A stretch of 64,000 bases of DNA from Balanoglossus misakiensis (Eukaryota; Animalia; Hemichordata): positions 10,925,656 to 10,989,655 of the forward strand of contig CM082583.2 of assembly GCA_040954595.2 (NCBI GenBank), in the 5' to 3' direction. The position numbers and the translations under genes were made by a program. How positions within the stretch are numbered: position 1 is the stretch's first letter; every line of letters starts with the position of its first letter. The notes below the pieces were generated by a model. That model did not search any database. It worked only from the letters and a program-made list of their open reading frames with translations, and had not been told where the DNA came from. Shown here piece by piece: positions 14,801 through 26,600 of this stretch.

Positions 14801-15610
14801 ACCCTTGTCAGATACTGCAGCAAGAACACTGACAATTGTTGCCAAAGCAATTCAGAACCTTGCCAACTTAGTAGAATTTGGTTCCAAGGTAAGTGTGCAT
14901 ACAAAACTTCAATCTGAATCTGGAAAACTTTCCTCATATAAACGTGTTAATTTTTGTATTTGTGTATTTGTTAATTTTTGTATTTGTGTGTCTGAAGTAA
15001 TTTCTTATTCAACGGGTGTTAAGCAGTTTTCGTACAATTTTTCTCTCTTCAGGAGCCGTACATGGAAGCTCTTAATCCATTTATTGTACTCAACAAAGGG
15101 CGGATGATTCGATTTCTGGAAGAAGTGTCGGTGGGTTGAACTTTCTAATCACCAAAGTGCATCCAGTGTGTACTGAGAGATGCAATTGCTGTTTTAAAGT
15201 CCTGTTGTATAGTACAAGTATAAATCTTAGTTTGGAGAACGCATTAGAATAATGTACAATTGTACTTTCTACTTACAGAGTGTAAGTGAATGGCCTGAAC
15301 TCAACCCTCCAATGTGCACGGATTTGAGCCGGGATTTAGCAGCATTACATCAAATAAGTGTGTCACATTTCAAGGAAATTCAAAGACTCAGTACCTCCAA
15401 GGTAAGCTGGCCGTGCTGCCTCGAAATATCAAAAAATATTTAAAAATGAAATAAATTGTTGATTTTAAAACTTTCATCAAAATAAATCCTGAGCATATAT
15501 TCCTTAATTTTCTACTTTTTATACCATTTCAGCTTCACGTGAAGAAGTTATTGGCTGTCACAAAAACACTGATGCAAAAACAGAGCCAGTACACAGGGGA
15601 AGCCACTTGA
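5839..15610 (+). CDS. RASA1: Ras GTPase-activating protein 1 (p120 RasGAP), SH2-SH3-SH2-PH-C2-RasGAP, about 24 coding exons (first 5839-6011, second 8916-9065, last 15533-15610)
   Basis: LTAPPENE-WYHGKLDR (SH2), RRRVVAILPYTKLPDTDELSF (SH3), WFHGGITKQEA (second SH2), PH GYLNKK...KKWKVLYFVL, C2 PHPYCVLSLDDVKVART, arginine finger TLFRANT and the GFLFLRLICPAILNP signature. Confidence 0.96.
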
Positions 15611-17484
15611 TGACTTCAGGAAGACTTGAGGGACCTGTGCTAATTATGGACAGAACGGTCAAACTGGCCAGATTGCTGATTTCTCTTTGAATGTGCCAGT
15701 GGTCGTAATTGATGTGTGCCAGTCATGAGAGATGATGCATGTAGTGAATTGCATATCAGTTGTATGCATACATTGATAATGGAAGAGCGTTTCTCACCAA
15801 TTCTGTGAATTACTTCCATGCAGTATATGTAACAATCATATTATTTGCTATCAACTCTGCCAGGACAGAACATTTTCTATGTTTTTAAAATGTTTAGGTG
15901 GACAGTGTTTCATAGCAAACAAAAATAAACAACAACAAAATGACAGTTAATTTGCAAGATTATGAATGTCAATGAACAAACATGACATGTACAAACTTTT
16001 GTGTTTTAATTAATGAGGGGGGGGGGAGAATTTAAGATGTTTAGAGTAGATGAGTGTGTTTGCTGCAAAATGTCAGTGTCTGTATTGGATGCACAAGTAC
16101 AGTCTTCACATGCATAGAATTCTAAAGCTGCTCACCGAATGTGATTTTTTGTCATGTTTTAAGACAATTTTTTTGTTGTGTTTTAAGACGATCAAGTTAT
16201 TTAATGATACAGGTCAGACTGTATTAACCAGCATTTACAGGTAGATTAGGTTATGAACTTTCTCTGAGAAAAAAATGTGTAAATTATAACGGCATACGTA
16301 CATGTATATTTAAGATGCAATAGTGGTTGTCTGTGTGAAGGCAATAGCATGGGTCTATTTGCCCCCTATTGGAGGGATGCGTGAGTAATGCAACATGAGA
16401 AATAACTTGTAGATGAAGAGAAATGTAAACATTTCCTCGTTCTGTAATGACTCCCTCATTGGAATGTAGACCCATGGTAAACCCTAGATCAAAAAAAACA
16501 CCCACAGTATTTGAAGGGTTTCAGCACACACCACATGTGATATTGACAACTCAAAAATGAAACGCATATTTTATGTTTATACTTAACTGGGATTTTTTTT
16601 CAAGTGCACATGCAGAGCTATGCTGTAACAAACCTGCATTTCTTGACTATCATAAACTATTTCAGGAAACTAGGCCCAAAATATATGGAACCTAACTTCC
16701 AGCATATAAACTTCGCAAAGTTTTTTCTCCGTGGCTGATGAAGGTATAAACTTTCATTAAATAAGAACAACTGATGTTTATTCAGAGTAACAACTCATTC
16801 GAAATACCAGGTAAAGACCAGATTTTAGCAGTCTGTTAAACTATTGACAATTTTTAGTTATCAACATTTAAAAAAACTTGTTTTCTGTAAGAGAGTGCTA
16901 TTGTAAAGAGTGTTGAAACAATTTTCAAAATAACTCTTGTGTGTTGTATTAGTATTTGTATCATGATTCTGATGGACAGTCCAGATCTGTCAATAAAATA
17001 TTGGTGTACACTGATATCTGTACCACATTAAAGAAATATAAACATGTTTTGTTGTAATTTTATTATCCAAGCAATTACACAGTATTGAGTATTTTTCCTG
17101 TGTTGTGTATCAACTACCATATCTTGTCCCATATAGCATCCCCTAAACCCCGTTTTTTTGCTCATGAAGTTGGATGATGGCAACACTTTAAAGGGTTGTC
17201 TTATTGACCCAAACCAAAATACATGTTTTTGTTTCAAACGATACCTTAACTTTTAGAAACCAAAATCCACGGGCTATGCAAGACGTAAAAAACTGTTCAG
17301 ATCCAACGTAGAAACAAAATAATCGGTAGCTCGTGCGTTGATGGCGCTATAATATCCACGTCTAGTCTCGCAAAATCTCGTCACTGATCACCTGATTTAT
17401 GGCGCCATGTTTTGATTTGACCCTGTTGGTAAATAACGTCAGGGTATATGAACATACGACGTGAGGGTACACATGCACTGAGAA

Positions 17485-19162
17485 ATGTCGGTAGCCGAGA
17501 GACAGCGAAGGGTAAGTTTTGAACACTTCCAGAATCTCACAATAAACCTTTATGGTCACCGAGCTGTGGTCACTCCATCATCCCATGATCCATAACCCCC
17601 CCCCCCCCCCTCACGCCACCCTGAGGCTGATCTATTGTAAACTTGTGTCTGACAGGTGCAGGCATGGCTGGACAAAGTCTTTGCCGGGTCATCAGTTCCT
17701 CCGTATGAAATTAACTCAAGAACAATTGATATACTATATGATCTTATGAAGAAGAATGAAGCCAGAGACCAAGAGGCTCGGATTTTGAGTGAAGACTTGA
17801 AACAGAAAGCTTTGGAGTATCATGTTGAAGGTGATTTAGAGAAACAGTGTAGATGTTAGGCTGATACTGATACCAAGATAGTAGAAGTATAATATACAGA
17901 ATTTTTTATATATGTATTGTTTATTTTACAGCTGTTCGGTTGGCAAGCATTCTGCAGTGTGTGGGTCTGTCCTCGGCAAATCTGTCCAAGTCTGGATCAG
18001 TCAGTTTGTCAACTCTTGCTAATGTTTCACAGATGCTAGAATTAAAAGATGGATCTATGAGCAGGTAATCTTACTTGTAATTGTGTGACCACAATCTTTT
18101 GCCTTTGGGTACTGTTAAATTGGACTCAAACTCTTATTGAATTAAAATAATACCCTGACTATATCTTATCATTCTTATGTTACCAGCTACCTGCTTGGCC
18201 TAACAGAGCAGTCTAGAGATCTTATTGGAACTTCAGAAGCAAGATTACAGGAAAAGAATATGGCAGATCAGTTGCAGGCAAAAACTCAAAATGTCCGGAT
18301 AAAATCAAGTTATTTAAAGAAGCAAGTAATATATATACTACAGTTTATCTTATCTAACACATATGATGTAACTTGCCTGATACAGTAGTGACCTCATAAG
18401 CAGTATTGTATTATTAAAAGACATTGTTGGATGTTGTTTCCAGACATTTACAAACCATGGAGGAACAGGTTAAGCATCAGGAACCAGAATTGAAGAATAA
18501 AGCTCAGAATGCTGGTTTCCTGCAGACAAAATCCAGAGAATACAAAGACAAACTGCACCACTTACAGGTACTCATATAATTAATATTTGTTGGAGTTTCT
18601 ACCATTGACTCTGCTTGTCAGGGCTCCTTACCTTTTTTGTGAATATCCAGAAATGTGGATGTCTCACATATACAGAATAGAAATGTTTCATTCAATCAGT
18701 ATATTTTCCTGTCTTGCCTCTTCTAACAGGAACAGTTAAATAGGAGTGGTGTTGATGCCACAATTTACCACCACAACTTGGAAAAAAAGGCAGAGGTAAG
18801 GTGCACCTTAAGGTTTTTGTTCAAATTCAATTACTCACCAATGTAGTATCAGGCTACACTGACTATGATGCAGCCAGCCAAACTCTTCCTCATCAGCAGT
18901 GTCTCGATTCATTATTTGCAATGAATGTACAAAGTCCAACACAAGAATTGATACATAATTGATAATTATTATGACATATTTTATTGAACAGGAATTGAAA
19001 CAATTGAAAGACGAAATAGCACCCTTGAAGCTGAAGTTAGACACTTACCACCAGTTGCCAGCTGATCCTTCACTTGCCCAAGTCAACATTGAAGAGGCCA
19101 AAAGAGAATTGGCATTGTTGGAAAAGGAAATATCAAAGCGTATCAATCAGATGAACTTTTGA
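17485..19162 (+). CDS. HAUS1: HAUS augmin-like complex subunit 1; exons 17485-17511, 17656-17830, 17932-18064, 18187-18321, 18444-18567, 18730-18795, 18992-19162
   Basis: VQAWLDKVFAGSSVPPYEINSRTIDILYDL...EDLKQKALEY and C-terminal LPADPSLAQVNIEEAKREL match HAUS1. One intron needs a GC donor. Confidence 0.92.
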
Positions 19163-19994
19163 GTTTGTTTAAGACTAGTCAGGAAAGAGCCTCAGACGTA
19201 CAAAGTGTGTGGCATCTAGAGAGACCAACATGGCCTGACCTGTACTGGTTCAAGAGAGAGACACAACAAGCACTCGAGTCCAACACCAGCTCACAAATAT
19301 TTAAAATACTTATAATCATGTCCAACTGGCAGTATAGCACAAATTCATCCTAATGGATAACTGAAAAGCTTGACTTCATATCTCCAAGCTGCAACCTTTC
19401 TATCACTCATAAATAGTTAAATATTATTACTCAGACAGAAATTATTCTAGATATGTTACAAGTTAAAAAGACACGTCATCTGTCATTGCCAACAAACTGT
19501 TGCGATATTACTTTACAAACCTTTCATTCACTCTATATATATTTGTTCATTCAGTTGTTTAAAACAATTACTGCTCAAGAAAGAAACTTAAAAGCTTCTG
19601 AATATTTTTTTTTAATATTTTTGGTAATAATGCTGAAGAAGACACACTCTTCATTTTGAATCTTTTTTCTTTGAGCAAATCTGCTGATTTCAGTCTTCAA
19701 TTTCATGCCTTGCAAATCCACAATGTGTGGTTGGTGGAATGCCATCCAAGTCTCCTTCGCTATCATCTAATCCACTGCTGAAAAGTAAAGGCTGCATTCC
19801 AGGAAGTCCGTACAGGAGCAGTCAAAGAAAATCACACGACATGTATTGCATTGAGTAGCCTGCATTCACTACTGCTAATGCATACTAGACACATTGAATT
19901 ATTGATTGCATGACTTGATACACTGCCAATATCTTAGTTCAGACAGACTACATACTGCCACGGTACCACTGAGAAAATGTGATCAGTTAAATGT

Positions 19995-21995
19995 TCATCC
20001 AATAATAAAGGATATAAGGTGACAGCATGATTCCTTTCCATTGTCTGCTTCATAATCCTCTGGTGAACATTTATGTTCACTTTCAAACAGTGCATTGGTG
20101 TCTTCTGTTTTCATCCACAGTGTTGCCTGTAAATATGTTTTTATAGAACATACAAGTTTTGTTTATACTTCAGGACCATCACAGTTTATTGAACAAGTTT
20201 CTTGAAATCACGGTCACTCCAAGGCATGACATATACATCACTACATTTAGTTATGTATTGAGTACTCACTTGGTCATAGAAAGTTGGCACATTAGGGGTA
20301 GCTGTTGAAGAGTCTAGATATACGAAAGAACTTTGCTGCAAAAAGTTTGGCAGCAATGGTGAATTCGAGGGTACCTGAAATGAAAGAATGGCAACATGTT
20401 AGTAGAACTGTTCTAGACACTTGATACTGCGGCTAAGAAATCGCGCCTCATGTGAACTTTCAATGACTTACACAACCATAAATGGTAAAACCCATAAATC
20501 AAATAACAGCCTGACTTACTTGTTGAGAGGGAGTAGTACATTCATCTTCATGATCTCTAGATACCAGCCCAGGTGCACAGGACAGATCATTCTCCGAAAC
20601 ATCTCCGACATTGTTATTTCTTCCATGTTGGCTGTCTGACAAGCCATGCTGACAGATATCCTGTGTGATACTTTCCTCAATTTTCAATGGAACACTGAGA
20701 AAATTTTCTCTGATGAGAGCCGTATCTTCTGCTGTGATGAGATTGCCTTCTGCTGCTGCTGGCCTTCATTGTCAAAAAATAATAACACGATAGGTGATAC
20801 TAGTATGAAAGTTTAACTGTAGCAAAATGTCTAGCAGAGCTTATGCACATGCACCAGATGATATCAATTGGAAAATGTACAAATCTGCAAGTAGGTTTAC
20901 TATGAAGTACATGATTTTACCTGTCAAATTTGGCCTGTTTTTGTTTCAGTTGAGCTATGTGTTTGTAAATATCAACACCAGTTTGCTTTCTTGATCTGTT
21001 ACTTTTATCTTTGTTTCTTGACCGCAATTTTCCTGGTGCGGGCAAATCCTCTCTTCCCAGGTTAATCAGGTCGAGGCTGGAATTTGAAGACCATCCCTCT
21101 CTTGTAACTTTTTGACTCACCAACTAAAGAAAATGGGAGAAAAAATGCAATAAAATTTTTGGAATGCGTAATTATACCTTGGCTCACTCACTAGAATTAT
21201 GAATAAAATACACAAGTCATAGCCTCATACTATATTAAGAAAGCTTTCAATATGGAGTGTTCACTCACCAAACCAATACGATCATCCAAACTGCTGTCAC
21301 TACTTTCTACAAGGTGAGACCTGGTTGTTACCAAAAACAAATCACTTACATAATCATATTGTCCTTACAGATTTGTAATTGACGAGTCAGAATGTGCACA
21401 AAATATGGAATTAACGTGGGGGACTACGGTTTCCAGAAGTAATGCATGGTTATTAACATTATCACAAAAGATCCGATAAAGAATATTCTGTCATCAACTT
21501 AGATTTTTTTGAGAGCCACAATTGGCACAAACTAAATTTTGTAATGTTCATGTTATGACTACCGGTACTTACCTTTTGCGTATGAGGTGATCAAATGGAT
21601 TATTAGGACTTTGTGTTATGAACGTTCTTTCATCACAGCTTTCCTCATTTACATCACCATCATCTTCATCTCTTGTTACTGTATGTGAAACTCTGGAAAC
21701 AGATCATTGTTTGGACAACTGCGTGGCTATGACTATGGCCACGTATTATCTCATACATAAATACCAAACAAGTACAGTTTGTATATGTAAGTTACTCGTA
21801 TCTGCATCGCCAATTTTCAGTGAAACAGGACAAATGTACATTGTACTTTGTTGACGCGAAATGAGGAGGTAAATGCATAACTCACCTCATGAATGGAAGT
21901 GGTGGTAACTGGCTAGCTTTCTTCACCCCACGAGTTCGTTGTCTTGGCCGTTTTGGCAATGCCTTGGACGATACCGTGCCTTTACACGAATCCAT
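19995..21995 (-). CDS. Uncharacterised, probably disordered protein of about 320 aa; exons 21995-21886, 21692-21573, 21320-21269, 21123-20921, 20763-20520, 20374-20270, 20126-19995
   Basis: Seven segments with strong donors (GTGAGT/GTAAGT) and AG acceptors join into one open frame, MDSCKGTVSSKALPKRPRQRTRGVKKASQLPPLPFMR...ERTFITQSP...LISFIIG*. No domain recognised. The last exon is the least certain. Confidence 0.65.
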
Positions 21996-23351
21996 AGCGT
22001 ATTGATGTAAGTCACGAAGTTTAGTTTTGTTGAAGGGGCTGTGAAAATTTGATACACCCACCACATGCAAAGCGATTTCTACAGTTCACTGTCGGTGCTA
22101 TCCAGCTCCTGTGACTCTATCTCCGTTGTTTTCCCTCACTAAAAATACCCACCTTCCCTTATAGCAATGATAAATCACGACCATCCAAATAAGAAGCAGA
22201 CTAATAGTGCCACACATAAAATATGTCGTCTGGAAACTAAAACTTTCTGGGACGTCTATCATGGACTGTATCGGAGATTTTTTCAGGTTACAGGCTAAAG
22301 TTAAAATTTCCGAGTCTTGCACGTCTATAGTTTCAAAGTTCTTGTGTTGAACTGTTGTATAAAAGCATTCTCCAATAAAGACGAAGCACAAGTTTAAATT
22401 ATGATGTACAAACAAAAATTGCCGTTCCGTATGATCCAGCTGACCTTCTCCTTGACAGAAACGAGCTGACGACAGGTTAGTGTGAATTTCAGTCCACATA
22501 CTCAATTAATGATTGGCGGATGGCTAAGATTTGTAAAACTTTTGACCAATCAACGGGGCTGTAAAGAAATCGACATCCGGTGTAATGTGCAGCAGAAGTT
22601 GAATGGGAGGTAAAAAAAATAGCAAAAGTGAAGTTACATTTTATTCAACCTGGGAGAAAACAGGTATCAAATCCCCTTTTTTCATGAGATTTTGTGAAAC
22701 GTGGGGGTAAAAAAGCGGTCAATGTTTGGCGTGGGTGAATAATGTATCTAGATTCATGGCAGGCATGATGTCGGTCAGTGAATGAAGACGTATTTGGAGA
22801 TAACCCACAACCTCCGGACCGCCCAATCTGATGAGTTGTGACTCTGATATATATCTAATACCTTTTTCTGACAAAATTATTGTGCGGTTAGGATGCCCAA
22901 ATGTTGTCTCCAGCAAATCAAGAGCTAGTTAGAGACATAGGCGGTTACTCGTTACATCAAATGTACATACACGCACACCACAAGAACAAATTACCGTCAA
23001 AAGTGAAAGTTACATGATGATGTTGTAATGAATCCCATGTACAGTGTAAATGTTGCAAGCTGCTCATTCATATTCTAATATCATGAACAGTTCCCAGCCT
23101 ACTAGGCCAAAAGTCCATTTCCGGCTTTGACGTCAGTATATATACAGATATAAATCTGACTTATAATATGCGAGCCAGCTGGATTACACAAAGTAGAAGG
23201 GACAAAGCTCCCCCACCCCCAAACAAAACAAAAACAGTTCTCCCAGCAGTAACTAAGTGACAACGCAGTAATTACAGCATATGGCGCAAAATCATAAGGG
23301 ACCAGTCATTTTATCTGAGCGTGGGGAGGGGGGTCTTTTTGACTAGCGCAG

Positions 23352-23438
23352 CTCCAGTGTGGGGCTGAACATACAGCTTAGGGTGAGGTTCCCCGGGTGA
23401 GACCAGGACTCCACTAACTCCAGTGTGGGGCTGAACAT
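23352..23438. repeat. Exact 21-bp direct repeat CTCCAGTGTGGGGCTGAACAT (23352-23372 and 23418-23438)
   Basis: Two identical copies read directly, about 200 bp upstream of the MAP2K5 ATG. Confidence 0.85.
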
Positions 23439-23633
23439 CGTATTTGGAGCAGCTCCACACTCATATATGGCCTCACGAGATAATAAAAAGACAAGTCCCT
23501 AAATAGGTCATATCGGGTCATGTGAGGTCGGGTCAAACACACGAAAGGTATTACTTCCGGTTCCGTGATAATCAAAAGGATGATATATATTGATGGAAGT
23601 GCGTATTAAAAGTATGTTTTTCATTCAACAAAC

Positions 23634-26600
23634 ATGTCGGAAAGCTTCGTGATAAGGATCGTAAACTCAAATGGAGGAGACGTAGATTGGACAGTGCAGA
23701 ATTTCGACCTTACTTTCCAAAATGTTCTGGTGAGTGTCCGTAGTTGACGTACATGTATACATTACACCTATAAATACTGTTATACATGTGTACTTCCTGA
23801 TCGCACGAAACTGCAGAGCGATTTGGGTACGCGCGCGTCGATGTATGGACCATTTTCCGAAGTGTACGAGATCTTGCGAGATCACGCGTGGCTTGGCAGC
23901 ATCCCATGTGAAAAGACAACATACGGCCCATCAATTAAACGTCACAATTAAATGTTACATTTTTATTAATCTGCACCCATGATTCTATTTCTAGTTTCAT
24001 ACACAGCTAGACTTGTATACTAATAAATATGCTAGCAACCTGTTGCTATGGTAACTAACCAAGTCTTGCAAGATCTAGAATGAGTGTAAAATCATCTTTT
24101 ACTCACTTCATGCTATAGGGGGTCAAATTATAATATATATATCTAAGCTGATGGGTTAAATAGGTTTGGGGAATCATTGTTTCCTTGCCTGAGTCTCTGA
24201 TGAGATGCATAACAGTTGGGACTTGTGAATTTGATAAATACAACTTTAACTCAGATAAACAATTATTTTATGTTTTTGTTTTATTCTTCAGGAAGTAATG
24301 TCACAGGTTTTTCCTGACACCACAATCACAGCATTTGATTGTAAGTACATTGTGGTGTGTATACCTTTAGGTTTCTGAACTGTACCATGATGTGGAGAGG
24401 TCAAGGGAGAACACAAATACAGCAAAACACAGTGAAGCAGCAAAACTTGTAACTAGATAGACACATAGAGATCAGACTTGTTGAAGCACCATAATGCAGT
24501 CAAAAGCAATACTTGAGTAATCGAGTCATATCTCAGCAGTAAATATGACTGTACCAATTATACTTCCAATGTCTGTCTAACCCATTGCATTCACTAGTGT
24601 GAGTGGATACATGCAGGGAAATAAGAGAGAGAATTACTATTGATCTCACCATTATACATGAATGACATTGCAAATCGAACTTCAATTTCAGATGAGGATG
24701 AGGATGGTGATTACATCACTGTCAGAAGTGATGAAGAAATGGAAACTATGTTTTCTCATGTGAGTGTCAAGGTATTTTTTATTACCAGGTACATTCTATT
24801 AATTGAGCAAGCTATCTGTTCATCAGTAAATTTATTTAAATGTTTCTTGTTTTCTCTCCATGAAACAGTACATCGATCAGATCACAGAGTATGGAAAGAG
24901 TGGGGTTGGTATCCAACCACTGAATGTTTATCCCAAAGTCTCTAAACCTGTTGGCAAGAGAAATATTCATGGATTGACAGTAAGTGCTTTGGAGAAAGAG
25001 AAACAAAACGGTGTTTGTTTTATTGAACACTGGTCAATATTATAAATGCGTACCATTGGAAAAAAATACTATTTTAGTTTCAGATGACTTCCTGACACTT
25101 TTCATGTACATTCATCGTTGGGTGCAGAAGGGTACAGCAGTTTTAAAATTATGATGTTGAAACATGAAATGCAGAATTGTTAAAATTGATTTTGCCTTAT
25201 TTCTTTCCATTTCAGGTGCAAACTAAAGCCACTACAGTTCCTGCCCCATTGCCTATGCAGGCACCAGTACCAGCCGTGTGAGTCTGACTTTATCATTTTG
25301 TGTTCGACTTAGAGACATTTCTTATACATTTTCCTGTGGCTTACTCATTGTTTTTAACTGTCTACGTTTATTTCTTTTTCATCAGAAATAGACAAGAAAC
25401 TGACATAAAAGATATTTTAGGAAATGGACAGGTATGTGACATATGACAGAACGATGTTGGCAAGTGGAAGTATTGAGATTCCAGTTTCCTTTCTTTGGGA
25501 AAAGCAGCCAATCGGGAAAAGGCAAAATAACTGGGCTTTTTTTCATACAAGACAACAGGACATACATATAATAACAATTCAATGAGTCAAGCTCATCTTC
25601 TTCTTTGACTTCACACTGTCATAAAGTGTTCCATTTTATATCCAGATTGCTCCAACAGATATCCAATATTTAGAAGTTCTAGGCAATGGCCACAGCGGAA
25701 CAGTATACAAGTAAGTCCTCCCAATGCATCACGGTGGACAAGTAATTCACTGACCAAGAGTTACTTACCCCTGTATTGTTTAATCTTGCCATTGACAGTA
25801 CTCTGCTCTTTGCTCTCGTGTTATTTAGTGACAGAAATAGATCAGTCAGTGAAGCCTATTAATTTCTTTCTGAAATACTGGTACTTTTGTTCTTCAACAA
25901 GAGTCCAAAGTGATTTGTACTGATTTATGCCCTCTTGAGTTTGCTTGTATGTATACTTTTGTTTTCCTTCTAGGAGTTTTATAAGATGTATGTGTTTTAT
26001 AAGATGTAGTTCTTGTGATAATGCATTTCAAATGTGATTCCCTCTTCTTTGTCTTCAGAGCTCTTCATTCGCCAACGAATAAAATCATGGCAGTCAAAGT
26101 AAGTCTGACAATTAAATATTTTTGTAGAAAAATAGAATCCACTGGTAAAATGAATTTGCGTACTCTCATTTGTTCTTCTTTGTCATGAAGAGGAAAAAAA
26201 TCCCATCATTTTGATTGATGCAGTGTTTCTGGAACCTTCAGAATGATTTGTGAAGACTGAGAAATACTGTGTCTCAATTGGGGACTTTCGAGTCTTGAGA
26301 TCCTAATGGATATACATGTAACTTATTAAAGGAAAAGTGGATTGTTTGCAATTTATAGAAAATATATTAGCATAGAGAATTGAATTATGTGATTGATAAT
26401 TAAATCATCAGAATTGAGAAAAGATTGATGGACTGTTTGATTGCACTGAGCTCACTGCATGTCTCTCAATAATAATCTCCACAGCTGCAGAGATACAGAT
26501 TCATTTCATTGAATTAGTCAGTGTCAATTCCATGGGGAATTCTAATCCAGTATCACTCTAAGCCAAGACAGAGCACAACACAGCACACATGAAGTTTTAA

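Noticed and set aside
17399-17464. ATGGCGCCAT as the HAUS1 start
   Set aside because: The frame stops after 21 codons. It is more likely a YY1-like promoter motif or a uORF.
22098-22505. 135-aa minus-strand ORF with a hydrophobic stretch
   Set aside because: Non-ATG start, no recognisable domain or splice support, and it lies in presumed promoter DNA.
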